From Candidatus Thorarchaeota archaeon (GTDB lineage Archaea > Asgardarchaeota > Thorarchaeia > Thorarchaeales > Thorarchaeaceae): a DNA stretch of 50,034 nt. The DNA lies in the NCBI GenBank assembly GCA_013138615.1, contig WTCK01000070.1:1-50034 (forward strand), written 5' to 3'. The translations under genes and the position numbers were made by a program. Below the pieces are notes generated by a model that ran no database searches, was not told the origin of the DNA, and saw nothing but the letters and a program-made list of their open reading frames with translations. Numbering within the stretch: the stretch's first letter is position 1; the number at the start of each line of letters is the position of its first letter. Positions 9,742 to 17,417 of this stretch are shown in pieces.

Positions 9742-10213
9742 GTGTTCAGCTCCAGAGCGGATACTAGATTCAATGTAGAATCCGTGAGGACACTATTTAA
9801 CCTCCACATAGGTTGCACATCATCCAAGGTGAAGCACAAGACTCCAGCTAACTCGTTAGGGGCAATCAGTCAAGCGATTTCTTGTCTGTGTGCAATTCTT
9901 TGTTATGCAAGATGATTGCATAGGGAATGCAACAGCTGCCAAAAACTTGTACAATCTTGGATGTTTTGTAGGTGCTTATAACATACTGCTCAGGATTGAG
10001 CGGTGTGGACGTTCAATGCTGATTGCTAGAACGTGCATGAAATTTGGTCGCCGCCAGTTGGACGGAGACAGAAAACGCCTGTGGAGAGGACGTAAGACTT
10101 GTCGCATATTCAGTAGGATCTGCAGAGCAGACCTCAATGAATCAGGAACCGAACATCAGTCAAGGACGTTAATGTCCAGGATTGTACAAGTTTCGGGCAA
10201 CGGAATACCCAAG

Positions 10214-11509
10214 TCACATGTGAATTAGTGCGGCATCTGGAACTTCTTGAAAGACTTCACGTGCCGCCCTTCCTACTTCTGCCCGGTTCCGATCAAAAGT
10301 GTATACACGAATTACATCAAGGTATACTTTCATCATCTCAGCAATGTTGGAGTATTCTGAGAGGTTGTGTGATACCTTCTTTCCATCGATAACTTGGAAG
10401 ATGCCGATCTCCATTGGATTCACTTGATGCGGATTGTATGGCACGGATGGCAGAGTTGGAACATCAACAATGACCTCATCAGTTGGAACCTTGGCGCTTA
10501 ATGCAATCTCCTCTTGGATACTCTCTCGCACCTTACGTTTGGTCAGTATCTTGGACACAAATCTATCATCTGTATGGAGCACCTTCTCAAATACGGATTT
10601 GTAAAATATTCGTGAGTCCAACATCTGAACCAGTTCAGCAGTTTCCTTGGCTTCATCAGACTCGGACGGATTGACTCCTCGCAGCCTGGAAATTAACGAC
10701 ATATCATCCAACGCCAGAAACTCCTCTGGCGTTGAGAAGGCCGTGAGTTGGAGTAGGTCATCTGCAGCATGCATCAGCTTTACCAGCAGTACTTCAACGC
10801 TACGTACAGTCTTGTGGTAGTATACATTCAAGAACATCTCATACCTTGCCACGAGAAATGATTCTAATGCGCCCCTGGCTGCGATGTCAAACTCTATGAA
10901 GCCATCGCCAGACACTTCGAGACTGTTTATCAGACGGTGAATGTCTACAAGCCCGTAGTTGACGCCGCAGTAGAACGAATCCCGTATCAAGTAATCCATC
11001 TTGTCGGCATCAACTTGACCTGCAACTATTCCGCTCACAACAGCATCTTTCTTAGTCTTCCTGCGGCCACGAACAAGATTTGCAATCCTGTCCCGGGACA
11101 CTCCACCATCCTCCAGTAAGTCACCTAACTCGCCTTTGCGGATTATCCATTCAGTAACATCCTCATGATTCATGCCCCGTTTCTCTACCAGAACTTCCTC
11201 AAACACATGGCTGAAAGGACCATGACCTATATCATGAAGTAGACCGGCTATTCGCACGTCCTGAAGTACGTCTTTTCCAAGACCAAGTTGACCTAGTAAT
11301 CTTCTGCCTGCGAGACCGGCCAAGTACATTGCACCAATACAATGACCAAAGCGATTATGTTCAGCGGTGGGATAGACATAGTGCCCTCCCGAGAGCTGTT
11401 TGATTCTTCGGAGCCGTTGATAGGTTTCCGAGTTAATTATCTTCGACTCTAGCTCAGTCAGGCCAACGAAGCCATGAATCGGGTCGTTGATTTCCATTAT
11501 GAAATCCAA
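10214..11509 (-). CDS. HD-domain phosphohydrolase (SAMHD1/dGTPase-like, COG1078 type)
   Basis: 431 aa with RFGHCIGAMYLAG, LLHDIGHGPFSH and DADKMDYLIRDSFYCG, the classic HD triphosphohydrolase signature. Confidence 0.85.
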   Translation of the reverse strand: MDFIMEINDPIHGFVGLTELESKIINSETYQRLRRIKQLSGGHYVYPTAEHNRFGHCIGAMYLAGLAGRRLLGQLGLGKDVLQDVRIAGLLHDIGHGPFSHVFEEVLVEKRGMNHEDVTEWIIRKGELGDLLEDGGVSRDRIANLVRGRRKTKKDAVVSGIVAGQVDADKMDYLIRDSFYCGVNYGLVDIHRLINSLEVSGDGFIEFDIAARGALESFLVARYEMFLNVYYHKTVRSVEVLLVKLMHAADDLLQLTAFSTPEEFLALDDMSLISRLRGVNPSESDEAKETAELVQMLDSRIFYKSVFEKVLHTDDRFVSKILTKRKVRESIQEEIALSAKVPTDEVIVDVPTLPSVPYNPHQVNPMEIGIFQVIDGKKVSHNLSEYSNIAEMMKVYLDVIRVYTFDRNRAEVGRAAREVFQEVPDAALIHM

Positions 11510-11534
11510 ATCTAATCACCACAGTATGCTGATC

Positions 11535-12371
11535 CTATGTTTCAGGATTAAACTGCTGCACTACGCGGATAATCTCTTCTGCAGACTCGAGTTCTGATAC
11601 ACATAGAGGTAGTTGGATACTATCTGCAATTGCCACTGCGAGGGGGTCAAGCTCTTTGACTCCCTGTAGTATCACAACCGCAGGTTTCACAGCGATAGAT
11701 GTCCCTATTTGACTTGCTTTGATGGCAACCATGGGGGACCGTCCTGACGAAACATTCGTGAGAATGGCAGCTCGTTGCGTTGTGCCACCGTACAGACGAA
11801 GAAGCTGATGGGGTGTGAGTGCAACTATGGCCTTTACGCTGTCAAGCGCAGTGTAGCCATAGATGTCACGATCAAGCAATCGCGGATGTGTCAGTACCTT
11901 GCACTCGAGCTTTTCAACTAGTAATTTTGCAGGAACGGGACTCCCAAACTCGCGACTGTCCAAAATTGCATCGGAGGTAATTTCAGGGGCCATCTGTTTT
12001 TCAAGCGTCAAAGCCACTCGACCACCTCTAGCTGCATCCATTTCTATCAAGCCTTCAACAAACCTGCGGATTGTTTCGACTCTAGGCGATTTCCTTCGCC
12101 CACTCTCATAATCACTGATGACGGAAGGCGAAACCTCCAGGTGTTTTGCCAAATCTTTCTGAGAAATTTCGAAGCGCTCCCGCCACCTTCGCATGACTGC
12201 ACCTGGATTATTCTCTGCAAGGCATATCTCACCAGCCAATGCTTCGGCAAGCCTAAGTAGCGCCTCACCTGCATCCATGTTTGAACTCCAGAAGGTATCG
12301 TAGATAAGAGTTGTGTGGAAGCCAACTTCGATTTCGTCAACTGACGATATATAGCTGTCAAATGATGGCAT
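11535..12371 (-). CDS. XRE-family HTH transcriptional regulator with a C-terminal domain of unknown function
   Basis: 278 aa. The HTH is ISQKDLAKHLEVSPSVISDYESGRRKSP, preceded by a ~55-aa N-terminal extension. The C-terminal ~150 aa are unassigned. Confidence 0.7.
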   Translation of the reverse strand: MPSFDSYISSVDEIEVGFHTTLIYDTFWSSNMDAGEALLRLAEALAGEICLAENNPGAVMRRWRERFEISQKDLAKHLEVSPSVISDYESGRRKSPRVETIRRFVEGLIEMDAARGGRVALTLEKQMAPEITSDAILDSREFGSPVPAKLLVEKLECKVLTHPRLLDRDIYGYTALDSVKAIVALTPHQLLRLYGGTTQRAAILTNVSSGRSPMVAIKASQIGTSIAVKPAVVILQGVKELDPLAVAIADSIQLPLCVSELESAEEIIRVVQQFNPET

Positions 12372-12437
12372 ACAGAGTGTTCTCGCTTCTTGTAAGTGGT
12401 ACCGAAGAACTCAAAGCGCGCTAGGAGTCACACGGAG

Positions 12438-13220
12438 ATGAGTCCACAAATGTTCTTCACATTTCTAGTTGGCACTGCAGGCTCTGGCAAGTCACTACTC
12501 ACCGCATCACTGGAGAAATGGTTGCTTGCCTCTGAGATGAGTGTGACAATAGTAAATCTTGACCCGGGTGTAGAAGAGCCGCCATACACGAGTGATGTTG
12601 ATATTAGAGAGTATGTAGACTATGGCGAAGTCATGCATCAGTTTGGTCTTGGACCAAATGGTGCCTTGGTCGCATCATTAGATATGGCAGTCAGTCACGT
12701 CAATGATTTGAGAGAGGAAATACTGGATACAGGCAGGGACTACGTATTGGTGGACTGCCCGGGGCAGATGGAGCTCTTCGCATATCGCAACTCCGGACCA
12801 ATGTTGGTGTCGAGCCTTAGTGGCAAAGACCCAGCCATTTCGCTATATCTCCTTGATTCAAACATTGCTCGAACTCCCACAGGGTACCTGTCATCAATGC
12901 TGCTTGGAATGTCAATCAACATCCGCTTTGGATTGCCTCAATTGAATGTACTGAGCAAACCAGACATACTGACAGAAGAACAAGTAGACCAGATAGTTGA
13001 GTGGGCAGAAGAACCCCATATCCTAAATGATGCTCTCAACTTATCGGCGAGCGGTCTAGCTCGTGAGTATTCTGGGTCGATACTAAGGATGATGGAGGAC
13101 TTGGGAGGCGTGACACGTATGGTGCCTGTGTCAGCTAAGGAGATGACTGGCATTGAAACCCTTTACGGAGAACTTCAGCGGGTGTTTGCAGGCGGGGAGG
13201 ACTACGTAACATATGAGTAG
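12438..13220 (+). CDS. GPN-loop GTPase (Npa3/XAB1/PAB0955 family)
   Basis: P-loop VGTAGSGKS, the eponymous GLGPNGA motif, VDCPGQMELF and LSKPDIL. The maximal ORF starts at GTG 12396. I prefer ATG 12438 (MSPQMFFTFLVG), which leaves room for the divergent promoter. Confidence 0.85.
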   Translation: MSPQMFFTFLVGTAGSGKSLLTASLEKWLLASEMSVTIVNLDPGVEEPPYTSDVDIREYVDYGEVMHQFGLGPNGALVASLDMAVSHVNDLREEILDTGRDYVLVDCPGQMELFAYRNSGPMLVSSLSGKDPAISLYLLDSNIARTPTGYLSSMLLGMSINIRFGLPQLNVLSKPDILTEEQVDQIVEWAEEPHILNDALNLSASGLAREYSGSILRMMEDLGGVTRMVPVSAKEMTGIETLYGELQRVFAGGEDYVTYE

Positions 13221-14256
13221 GAGTGCGTCGACCAATTGGTACTTCGCAATTGTTTCAGGTGAGAATGCAGAGTTAGCCCGAGTCGAGATCGAAGCCCTTC
13301 TTCAGATGGTAGACTCAAAATACAAGATTTCGTGGCATGAGAGAGTGGCTATCATTGAAGGTTTGCAGGATCCAACTGATTTTTTGCTGCAGAGAGCAGC
13401 CTTATTGAAGGAAGCTGGAACGATAATTTTTGAAACGGATTCACTGGACGGCGCAGCTCTCGAGATCCCAGATGATTTGTTGAAATCATGCGTAGGCAGT
13501 GATGAAACCTTCAGTATCCGAACTAAATCATTTCTGCACGGTAGAACCCCCGAAACCAGAAGAAGTATCGTCGTTGAGCTAGGCGATAAGATTCAACGAA
13601 CTACTGGCGCAAGGGTTCACTTAGAGAACCCGGATATACGAGTCCTTGTTCTGGTAATGTCCGATAGGGTCCTTATCTGTATGTCCAAGGAATCGCAATT
13701 GCGTGGGCAATTAAGGAGGAGAAGACCTGGGAAGAAGCCATTTTTTCATCCAAGCATGATGAACGCCTTATTAGCTAGGACTATGTGCAACTTAGCTCGT
13801 GTCATGCCAAATGAAACTGTGCTCGATCCATTCTGCGGTGGGGGAGGAATACTATGTGAGATTGCTTACATTGGTGCCAGACCGATTGGACTCGAGCTCA
13901 ACTGGCGCCTCCTAAAGGGTGCTTCAATGAATCTTGCCAGTATTCAATACAGTGACTATAGCTTGATTCAGGGAGATGCGAGGTGCTCTCCGATCAGGAA
14001 TTGCCATCATGTGGTTACAGATCCACCATATGGAAGAGCTAGTTCCACCCGAGGGGAAAAGGCTGGGCGATTAGTTACAGCCCTGTTTGAAAACGCTGAA
14101 GAAACCATTCTACCGGGTGGCAGCATGTGTACCTGCCATAGCAGCAGCATGGGAGTTCCAGAGGTCATTCGTCAGCTTGGTTTTGAGATTGAGAATCAGA
14201 TACGATTCCGTGTGCATAGTGGACTAGATCGTGAAGTGATTACAATCGACTTTTAG
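13213..14256 (+). CDS. THUMP-domain tRNA (guanine-N2) methyltransferase (archaeal Trm11/Trm-G10-like)
   Basis: 347 aa. N-terminal THUMP-like region, SAM motif I VLDPFCGGGGILCE and catalytic DPPYG. Overlaps the GPN GTPase gene by 8 nt. Confidence 0.8.
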   Translation: MSRSASTNWYFAIVSGENAELARVEIEALLQMVDSKYKISWHERVAIIEGLQDPTDFLLQRAALLKEAGTIIFETDSLDGAALEIPDDLLKSCVGSDETFSIRTKSFLHGRTPETRRSIVVELGDKIQRTTGARVHLENPDIRVLVLVMSDRVLICMSKESQLRGQLRRRRPGKKPFFHPSMMNALLARTMCNLARVMPNETVLDPFCGGGGILCEIAYIGARPIGLELNWRLLKGASMNLASIQYSDYSLIQGDARCSPIRNCHHVVTDPPYGRASSTRGEKAGRLVTALFENAEETILPGGSMCTCHSSSMGVPEVIRQLGFEIENQIRFRVHSGLDREVITIDF

Positions 14257-14684
14257 TAATCAGCCACCTGATTACTCGAAATACGAGGGGTGAACCAATC
14301 GAGGAAATTCTCAAATTCGGAGGTGTTCTGAAACTTGATAGCAATCTCAATGAAGCCTAATGGAGGGTTTTCTTGGGCATCGTCAACTACTCTAAGTTTA
14401 TCCATGAAAGCAGCCTGCTTTTCGAAACATAAGTGTGTCATTGCGTTCAAGTCATCCCAGTTTGATACCAACCTTTTCCGTACAACGTCGATTATTCGGA
14501 GCTCGTGAATGCGCTGGCGGATTGATGACAATGAGGATGGATCATTCCAGAGTGTTTTCAGTTCAATGTAGGTTTCTGTTTCTTGTTCCTCAGACTCTTG
14601 AATCAGGAATAAGTTGGCAAGAGCAGTTTCAACTAATTGTTTATCCTCTGTGGGAAATACAGGACAGCACACGGTCAGTTCCAT
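14253..14684 (-). CDS. UPF0201/COG1931-type small putative RNA-binding protein
   Basis: The motif VFPTEDKQLVETALANLF matches the PTED..kV..A..N.F signature I associate with UPF0201. The maximal ORF reaches 14753 but would overlap the upstream gene by 68 nt. ATG at 14682-14684 sits 1 nt after that gene's stop. Confidence 0.6.
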   Translation of the reverse strand: MELTVCCPVFPTEDKQLVETALANLFLIQESEEQETETYIELKTLWNDPSSLSSIRQRIHELRIIDVVRKRLVSNWDDLNAMTHLCFEKQAAFMDKLRVVDDAQENPPLGFIEIAIKFQNTSEFENFLDWFTPRISSNQVADY

Positions 14685-14685
14685 C

Positions 14686-15225
14686 TCAAAGGAACCTCTT
14701 GACCACATTCTGCGATAGCTCGTGTAACTCGTCCACGGTGCCCTCGTTGACAAGCATTATGTCACTAAGCGCGATGACTCCGCCAAGACCTACCGATATC
14801 TCTCTAATATCGCGTTCCTTGAAGACGGACCACTCCCTCGGATCGTCATCGCGATTGCGCGCTCTCAATCTCGCGAATCTAGTTGCGGGAGATGCATGTA
14901 CACAGACAGTTATGACCCTCTCAACAAACCCGTCAAAGACTTGAATCTCTGCAACGCTTCGGCAGCCCTCAACGACTACTAGTTCCGCTGTTGTTTGCTT
15001 CAAATCGTCTATGCATTGCATAGCTACTGCCCCAGGACCATTCTCTTCCCTAAGCTCTAGCATTACCTTCTTAGTGTTCACAGGATCGGGTTTGAGTCCT
15101 CTTCTACGGACTTCCTCGCGGATTACATCTCCCATGACAATTACGGGGACATCGGCACTGCGAAATGTATCAGCGACCTCACTCTTCCCAGCTCCGGGCA
15201 TCCCTGTGACAACTATCAGCTTCAT
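14686..15225 (-). CDS. UPF0200-type P-loop nucleotide kinase (dephospho-CoA kinase/adenylate kinase-like)
   Basis: 179 aa starting MKLIVVTGMPGAGKSEV (Walker A at the extreme N-terminus). The size and the pairing with a UPF0201 gene are typical of archaea. Confidence 0.7.
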   Translation of the reverse strand: MKLIVVTGMPGAGKSEVADTFRSADVPVIVMGDVIREEVRRRGLKPDPVNTKKVMLELREENGPGAVAMQCIDDLKQTTAELVVVEGCRSVAEIQVFDGFVERVITVCVHASPATRFARLRARNRDDDPREWSVFKERDIREISVGLGGVIALSDIMLVNEGTVDELHELSQNVVKRFL

Positions 15226-15464
15226 GGTATCTCCACCACTTTGTTAGAGTAAGCTCCAAAAGGCTTTATCATATCGCATAGTCAGGCGCATGCTTTCCAG
15301 TGACGCGAGGGGCAATTCAACTCCAGAGTCTTTGTGTTTCGTCAACTTCTTGTGTGCCACCGACGTGCCGTTCGTTGATGTTCCTTTAAGAGTTACCTTT
15401 GCTACGCCAAATCGCTATGATAATATTGGTGTTGAGAGTCTGAAGCTGTGTTCAAGGTGATGTT

Positions 15465-16037
15465 TTGACTGACACTGTGAGGGTATTCTTGAGCGTGGAT
15501 ATTGAGGATAAAGATCATCTCTCTCGAATAGCATACATCCAGAGTAAGCTGGATCGGGATGCAGCGAAAATGAAGCTGGTTGAACCGGAGAACATCCATT
15601 TCACATGGAGATTCTTTGGAGATACACCGATTTCAAAGGTAGAGTCCATACGCAATGAACTAGAGCAGATTAGGTTCAATCCATTCACGATCCGGATTGG
15701 AGGTGTGGGTGCATTTCCAAGCAAGAGAAGACCCCGAGTAGTATGGATTGGAGTGACGCACAACGCAGACGCTATGCGCGAACTGAAAACTATGACCGAT
15801 GATAGGCTTGGTAATCTCGGGTATCCACCCGAAAGGAGAGAGTTCACACCCCATGCCACAATTGCAAGAGTGCGAATCGTAAGAAACAAAGATGCCATCT
15901 TGAGAAATCTTGAAGCTGTATCACATGAGTCAGTTGGAACCATGATTGTTGATGCAATTAGAATGACGAAAAGCACGCTTACTCCTTCTGGTCCAATCTA
16001 TGAAATGCTATGGGAGATTGGGGCAACAAAGGAATAG
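15465..16037 (+). CDS. thpR: RNA 2',3'-cyclic phosphodiesterase / 2'-5' RNA ligase (2H phosphoesterase)
   Basis: 190 aa with the two H-x-T/S-x motifs of the 2H family (HFTWRF and HATIAR). Confidence 0.85.
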   Translation: MTDTVRVFLSVDIEDKDHLSRIAYIQSKLDRDAAKMKLVEPENIHFTWRFFGDTPISKVESIRNELEQIRFNPFTIRIGGVGAFPSKRRPRVVWIGVTHNADAMRELKTMTDDRLGNLGYPPERREFTPHATIARVRIVRNKDAILRNLEAVSHESVGTMIVDAIRMTKSTLTPSGPIYEMLWEIGATKE

Positions 16038-16058
16038 ATAGAAACAGAGGGAAGAAAG

Positions 16059-16193
16059 TGGGCCGGGGGAGATTTGTTCCGAAGCAGGGCAGTCCTGCCA
16101 CGTTTGAACTCCCGATCTCTTGCATTTTGTGACTCTGAGCCTAAGCTGCGAGTCACCCCAAGCAAGAATCATACCAAGCTAGACTACCGACCC
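16059..16193 (-). tRNA. tRNA-Pro(GGG) with two introns: a canonical 37/38 intron (~16125-16155) and a T-loop intron (~16073-16102)
   Basis: Minus-strand read: GGGTCGG TA GTCT AGCTTGGTA TGAT T CTTGC TTGGGG[31-nt intron]T GCAAG AGATC GGGAG TTCAAA[30-nt intron]T CTCCC CCGGCCC A. The acceptor stem (7 bp, one G-U), anticodon stem (CTTGC/GCAAG) and T stem (GGGAG/CTCCC) all pair. The spliced length is 74 nt. No CCA is encoded. Confidence 0.7.
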
Positions 16194-16220
16194 ATGAGTG
16201 TTCAGGCGATATTTGAGAGT

Positions 16221-16233
16221 AAAATAAAGGTTG
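16221..16233 (-). promoter_or_regulatory. TATA-like box upstream of tRNA-Pro
   Basis: The minus strand reads CCTTTATTTTA, centred about 30 nt upstream of the tRNA 5' end at 16193. Confidence 0.35.
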
Positions 16234-16352
16234 CCACCTGCTTTAAGTTTTAGAACACGTGTTCCAAGTGCAGGGATTTCTCGGATTGCTCTGAATCAGC
16301 CGCATTTCACAAAGAATAGAAGTGCTCAAGTCGATAAATGAAGACGGAGTAA

Positions 16353-17417
16353 GTGCCAATGGCTACTGACTTGATCTATCATGAAACGTTTGCGAAACAT
16401 ATTCTCTCCCCTGGACATCCTGAAAGTCCTGAGAGGTTGAAAGTTGCATTGGCGCGCATTGGCAGCACAGGACTTATTGAGAGCTCAAAGGTCAACATCG
16501 TGAATCCAGAAAAGGCGGACCTGAGTGAAGTGCTCGCTCTGCACGGTGATGCCTATATACAAGAGCTGTATGCGAAGTCAGAGAAGGGAGGGGGTTTTTT
16601 CACACTCGACACGTCCGTAAATGAATACACGTATGATGCGGCTTTGTTAGCCGCAGGCGGGGGCATACTGGCAGTAGACAGGATTCATGATAATGTATCT
16701 GAGAATGCGTATATTCTCTGTCGACCTCCAGGACATCATGCTGAGCATTCGAGGGCATTTGGATTTTGTTTCATCAACAATATCGCAGTAGCTGCTCAAC
16801 ACCTCGTAGAGAAACGCAATCTTGAGCGTGTGCTAATAGTAGACTATGATGCCCACCATGGAAATGGTACACAAAGTGCATTCTATTCTAGCAATCGTGT
16901 ACTATACATTGGATTGCATCAAGATGGGAGAACCTTGTTCCCGGGTTCGGGATTCCCCAATGAAATAGGTTCAGGAAAAGGTGAGGGATACAATGTGAAT
17001 CTGGCAATGCATCCTGGAGCTGGGGATCGGTCTTATGAGATGGCATTTCAAAGGGTTGTCGAGCCAATAGTTGCTTCATTCAATCCAGAATTCATCCTCG
17101 TTTCAGTAGGCTTTGATGGGCACTTTGGTGACCCGCTCACATCTTTGGGTTTGACCACATCAGGACTCTCAACGATGAATGCGAAGCTTCATGCTATGGC
17201 AAGGAAACACTCACACGGACGGCTTGCGTTCTTTCTTGAAGGGGGATACAATCTTGACATTGTCGGAGAGGGTTCGCAGAATCTAGTGGAACAGCTTGCA
17301 GGAGTCCCAATTACACGTTTCGAAGACAGTCATATGGAGAGCGAAAATTGTACCGAGTATACCAAGGCCTTGCTGGATGGCATGGATGGGATGCTGGGTG
17401 GAGTATGGAAACTTTAA
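16353..17417 (+). CDS. Histone deacetylase-family enzyme (HDAC/acetoin utilisation/acetylpolyamine amidohydrolase superfamily)
   Basis: 354 aa with HPESPERL, RPPGHHA, DYDAHHGNGTQ and the GFD...DP catalytic and zinc-binding motifs. Confidence 0.85.
   Translation: MPMATDLIYHETFAKHILSPGHPESPERLKVALARIGSTGLIESSKVNIVNPEKADLSEVLALHGDAYIQELYAKSEKGGGFFTLDTSVNEYTYDAALLAAGGGILAVDRIHDNVSENAYILCRPPGHHAEHSRAFGFCFINNIAVAAQHLVEKRNLERVLIVDYDAHHGNGTQSAFYSSNRVLYIGLHQDGRTLFPGSGFPNEIGSGKGEGYNVNLAMHPGAGDRSYEMAFQRVVEPIVASFNPEFILVSVGFDGHFGDPLTSLGLTTSGLSTMNAKLHAMARKHSHGRLAFFLEGGYNLDIVGEGSQNLVEQLAGVPITRFEDSHMESENCTEYTKALLDGMDGMLGGVWKL

Noticed and set aside
15294-15313. ORB-like sequence TTTCCAGTGACGCGAGGGGC in the divergent intergenic region 15226-15464
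   Set aside because: It shares TTCCAGTG and GAGGGG with the ORB at 47191-47214. However, it lacks the second dyad arm (TGGAAAC) and has different spacing, and it is a single copy with no A/T-rich tract. It is more likely chance or a promoter-region element.
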